This document shows, piece by piece, positions 62,501 through 64,000 of a stretch of 64,000 bases of DNA. Positions within the stretch are counted from its first letter, which is position 1. Every line of letters begins with the position of its first letter. Both the position numbers and the translations under genes were made by a program. The notes under the pieces were generated by a model. It had not been told where the DNA came from. It did not search any database and was given only the letters and a program-made list of their open reading frames with translations. Source of the stretch: Dehalococcoidia bacterium (GTDB taxonomy: Bacteria > Chloroflexota > Dehalococcoidia > DSTF01 > RBG-16-68-14); NCBI GenBank assembly GCA_040882355.1, contig JBBEBM010000004.1:112482-176481 (forward strand). The letters are read 5' to 3'.

Positions 62501-63172
62501 GAGCTGACCCAGGAGCGAGGCCTCGTTCACGCCGGCATCGCCGAAGTTGCGCACCTGGAGCACGGCGATCGAGACGGCCATCTCCGGCGTGAACTGGAAG
62601 CCCCCGTTGGGGCGCTGCGGGTCGGCGCCGCCGGGCGCCAGGTAGTTCGGGTCGACCTGGTCGGAGATGTTGGTCGCGTTGCCGAAGAGGTCGTTGCCCA
62701 GGCCGAGGAGCTGCAGCAGCGAGACCTCCAACGGCTTGGGCTGCGTGCCGGCGTAGATCGCCTCGATGGTGTCGTTCACGCCCTTGCAGTACTCCAGGAG
62801 GAGCGCCTGAATATCGGCCGGCAGCTTGGCGAACATGCTGTTCAGCTCGGACGAGGTGTAAGCGTCGCGCCGCACCTCCGCGTCGTCGTTGAACGTGCTG
62901 GCGTCCAGCACGCCGAACGCCTGGTAGAGCGTGCCGCGGGCCACGCGGCTAATCAGGACCATCTGGCCCAGCCGGTCGCGGGCGATCTGGCGGCCGTTCT
63001 CCCGCGCCAGCTCCAGGTCGGTGTCGGCGTAGATGTGGGGGAGCCCGTAGGCGGGCTCGCGCACAGTGACCGCGCCTGGATCGGCGGTGGCGACCGGCGG
63101 AAGGCCGTCAGCCAGGAGCGCGCCGAATATGGCGACAGCGATCAGGGCAACGAGAATGAGTGAGCGGTGCAT
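59537..63172 (-). CDS. Penicillin-acylase (Ntn hydrolase S45) family surface protein with inserted repeats and flexitail-like C-terminus
   Basis: YGLPHIYA, RDRLGQM, LG/SYAW cleavage site, GYTANWNNK, PLGQSG; DxDxDG repeats; RRDPLNFWD...GDIGAVVGQFGHNC. Confidence 0.85.
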   Translation of the reverse strand: MHRSLILVALIAVAIFGALLADGLPPVATADPGAVTVREPAYGLPHIYADTDLELARENGRQIARDRLGQMVLISRVARGTLYQAFGVLDASTFNDDAEVRRDAYTSSELNSMFAKLPADIQALLLEYCKGVNDTIEAIYAGTQPKPLEVSLLQLLGLGNDLFGNATNISDQVDPNYLAPGGADPQRPNGGFQFTPEMAVSIAVLQVRNFGDAGVNEASLLGQLNSLLDKFPSDGDEIWDDLNFLVDPLAPVSVPDPTTPGFGGPLAQRQGSDSLREFLSQFPAYDFDEALDPIREQHAHREELAKRLGAWPKLGSYAWMVDGERSATGNPWIGGFPQTGIQTPSIMHFVENRSAEGSDHRIQGIGMEFIGAPLILIGQTDDVAFTTTTAALKNNDTYLDQLILEETDTLRYNDEGTPALMNKRLELIQGTPPGSIVVWRTHERASNKGSRTVPAFQGDKTGTTDSAASDSLTDASAFTGDYSAGYVAITGGTGAGQMRPILSSTTNTLTLDAGDAWTITPDNTSQYVAARAGSDIIAISQERGFWLEESTSALGFSYFQRAESVLDIRRGVRLMPSTHNFLAADNNAFNGIGTDIAPATGNGNTGYWSSGFFRMRQGAPATDTRLPMDGTQPNELVFLSGTVGSAGTDILTSTGSFTGEDLSPPPYNYRLDDPSQLGSEYIVTITGGDGYRQTRRIASNTDDTLTLEEDWGVTPSAGDLFEVYEIVAMPEAINPSQGYTANWNNKAATLDPGPFGRQHRVTFILERLAADLSVTRDDVRQLNKDVAGLDGKGRFGQFLIPRLRLAVDGVGNGGNPAVDTVLAALETHNGSPFFGRNYIDPVTATTMEGEVAFLNALITKLSNNIYADELSGTGIPPRTGTAGLDLVQHAIDSAAGGPSGSYGQAYAGDYFNGTDWRVVARDSLAQTISDFGGGLPADGSRPNSTYAHPLSALFAHLVFPPTPSGNRGIWEQNVEVGPTVLGEFIFPLGQSGFIDAAGFPDRNDSSLHSTWRDWRFVPMLHVGEDLATDPDGDVDNDGVLDGFERWYFGSNSPSPTSDADADGLTLFGEFLSGTDPTDPDTDDNGTQDGPQDLDLDGCSNQREAGTDQAQGGRRDPLNFWDVMDQFTGAPFTRDKIVGIGDVGAVVGRYGASGDVNGNPLTAPASVSGYHTSADRNGSIPGGDAWDLLPPNGTISIGDIGAVVGQFGHNCM

Positions 63173-63273
63173 GCCTACCTCCCTCCCTAGCAGGCAAAGG
63201 CGACGAGAGTCGCCGAACGATGCCACCAGGCTAGGCGATCATAGCACAGGAACGTAGGTTCGTGAAGGGGAGC

Positions 63274-63483
63274 TTACTTCGCCCAGGCGGGCGGAAGGGG
63301 TGGGCCGGCGTGGCCGTTCGTCTCGGCGTGCGCGCCGTTGGTCGTTCTTGCCTGGCGCGTCCGTTCCAGCGTGGCCCGGAAGCGCCGGTAGCGCTCCAGC
63401 GCCCACTGCGAGGTCTCGTACTGGCTCATGCCGGTGTGCCGAAGAGAATCAGCCATCCCCTTGAGCGTCCCGTGCGCCTCCAT
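63274..63483 (-). CDS. Small hypothetical protein
   Basis: GGGAGGG RBS; follows the SPFH gene. Confidence 0.55.
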   Translation of the reverse strand: MEAHGTLKGMADSLRHTGMSQYETSQWALERYRRFRATLERTRQARTTNGAHAETNGHAGPPLPPAWAK

Positions 63484-63547
63484 GCGGTCCCTCCCTGCTC
63501 CTCAGCGCTGTGAGTAAAGCGGAACAAGGGGGTAGCGCGCAAGGGCG

Positions 63548-64000
63548 TTAGCTGGTTGTCGCTTGCGCGCCGGGCGCCTGTCCCGGCGCGTTTCCGCCGT
63601 TCGCGGGTGGGACGATGCCGTGGTTGGCGGCGAGGAGCTGGGCGATGAAGGCGGTGAAGACGTTGCCGCCCCCATCACCAGCGCCGCCCACCATGATGTC
63701 CGGCGTGATCTTGAGGCCGGCCTCCGAGATCGACTTCGTCACCTCGATGGCGGAGAGGTTGAGCTGGCCGACGGCCGCGACCTGCTTCTGATACGCCTCA
63801 GCCGTCGCGGTGCCCATCGCGAGGATCTTCTTGCCCTCGGCCTCGCCTTCAAGCTGGACGGCGCGGGCGCGGCCCTCTGCTTCGATCACTGTCTTCTTCT
63901 TCGTCTGCTCCGCGACCTGGACGCCGATCTGCGCGGCGACGAGGTCGATCTGCTTGTCCGCCGTGGCGCGCGTGTTCTCGGTGTCGATGCGCTTGCGCTC
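63548..64000 (-). CDS. SPFH/flotillin (band 7) family protein, C-terminal part
   Basis: Frame open to window end; AEG/EAEG coiled-coil repeats, GTATAEAYQKQV, KITPDIMVGG. Confidence 0.75.
   Translation of the reverse strand, partial: ERKRIDTENTRATADKQIDLVAAQIGVQVAEQTKKKTVIEAEGRARAVQLEGEAEGKKILAMGTATAEAYQKQVAAVGQLNLSAIEVTKSISEAGLKITPDIMVGGAGDGGGNVFTAFIAQLLAANHGIVPPANGGNAPGQAPGAQATTS

Noticed and set aside
1-64000. tRNA, rRNA, IS elements, integron attC sites
   Set aside because: No cloverleaf, rRNA signature, transposase or convincing attC structure seen by eye; not excluded without a scan

Overview
High-GC bacterial chromosome segment, most likely Chloroflexota (Dehalococcoidia-like). This is inferred from a flexitail-type C-terminal domain, many Thr/Pro-linker lipoproteins and frequent -10 hexamers just upstream of start codons. 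It carries about 60 genes: a CoxM/CoxS xanthine-dehydrogenase-family cluster, ModE-tupABC tungstate uptake, a TldD/PmbA operon interleaved with a vapBC pair and hydrolases, a c-di-AMP-riboswitch-led treT/treT-like/glgC/GH57 operon, an acyl-CoA carboxylase beta subunit, hydantoinase A/B, LarE, an HD-GYP protein, a CCG-domain Fe-S oxidoreductase and a multidomain penicillin-acylase-family surface protein. I found no rRNA, tRNA, CRISPR array, integrase or transposase. The most notable signals are: (1) a lower-GC pair of a large unknown protein with an antitoxin-like tail and a PIN nuclease, plus a HEPN-like orphan gene, both bordered by the same heptamer repeat; (2) diverged 5' or 3' gene stubs beside intact genes, including a triplicated gene end interleaved with palindromes, suggesting repeated cassette exchange; (3) a probable pseudo-enzyme TreT paralog under c-di-AMP control; (4) a candidate sRNA with an anti-Shine-Dalgarno loop. 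All family assignments come from motif recognition by eye, not database searches.
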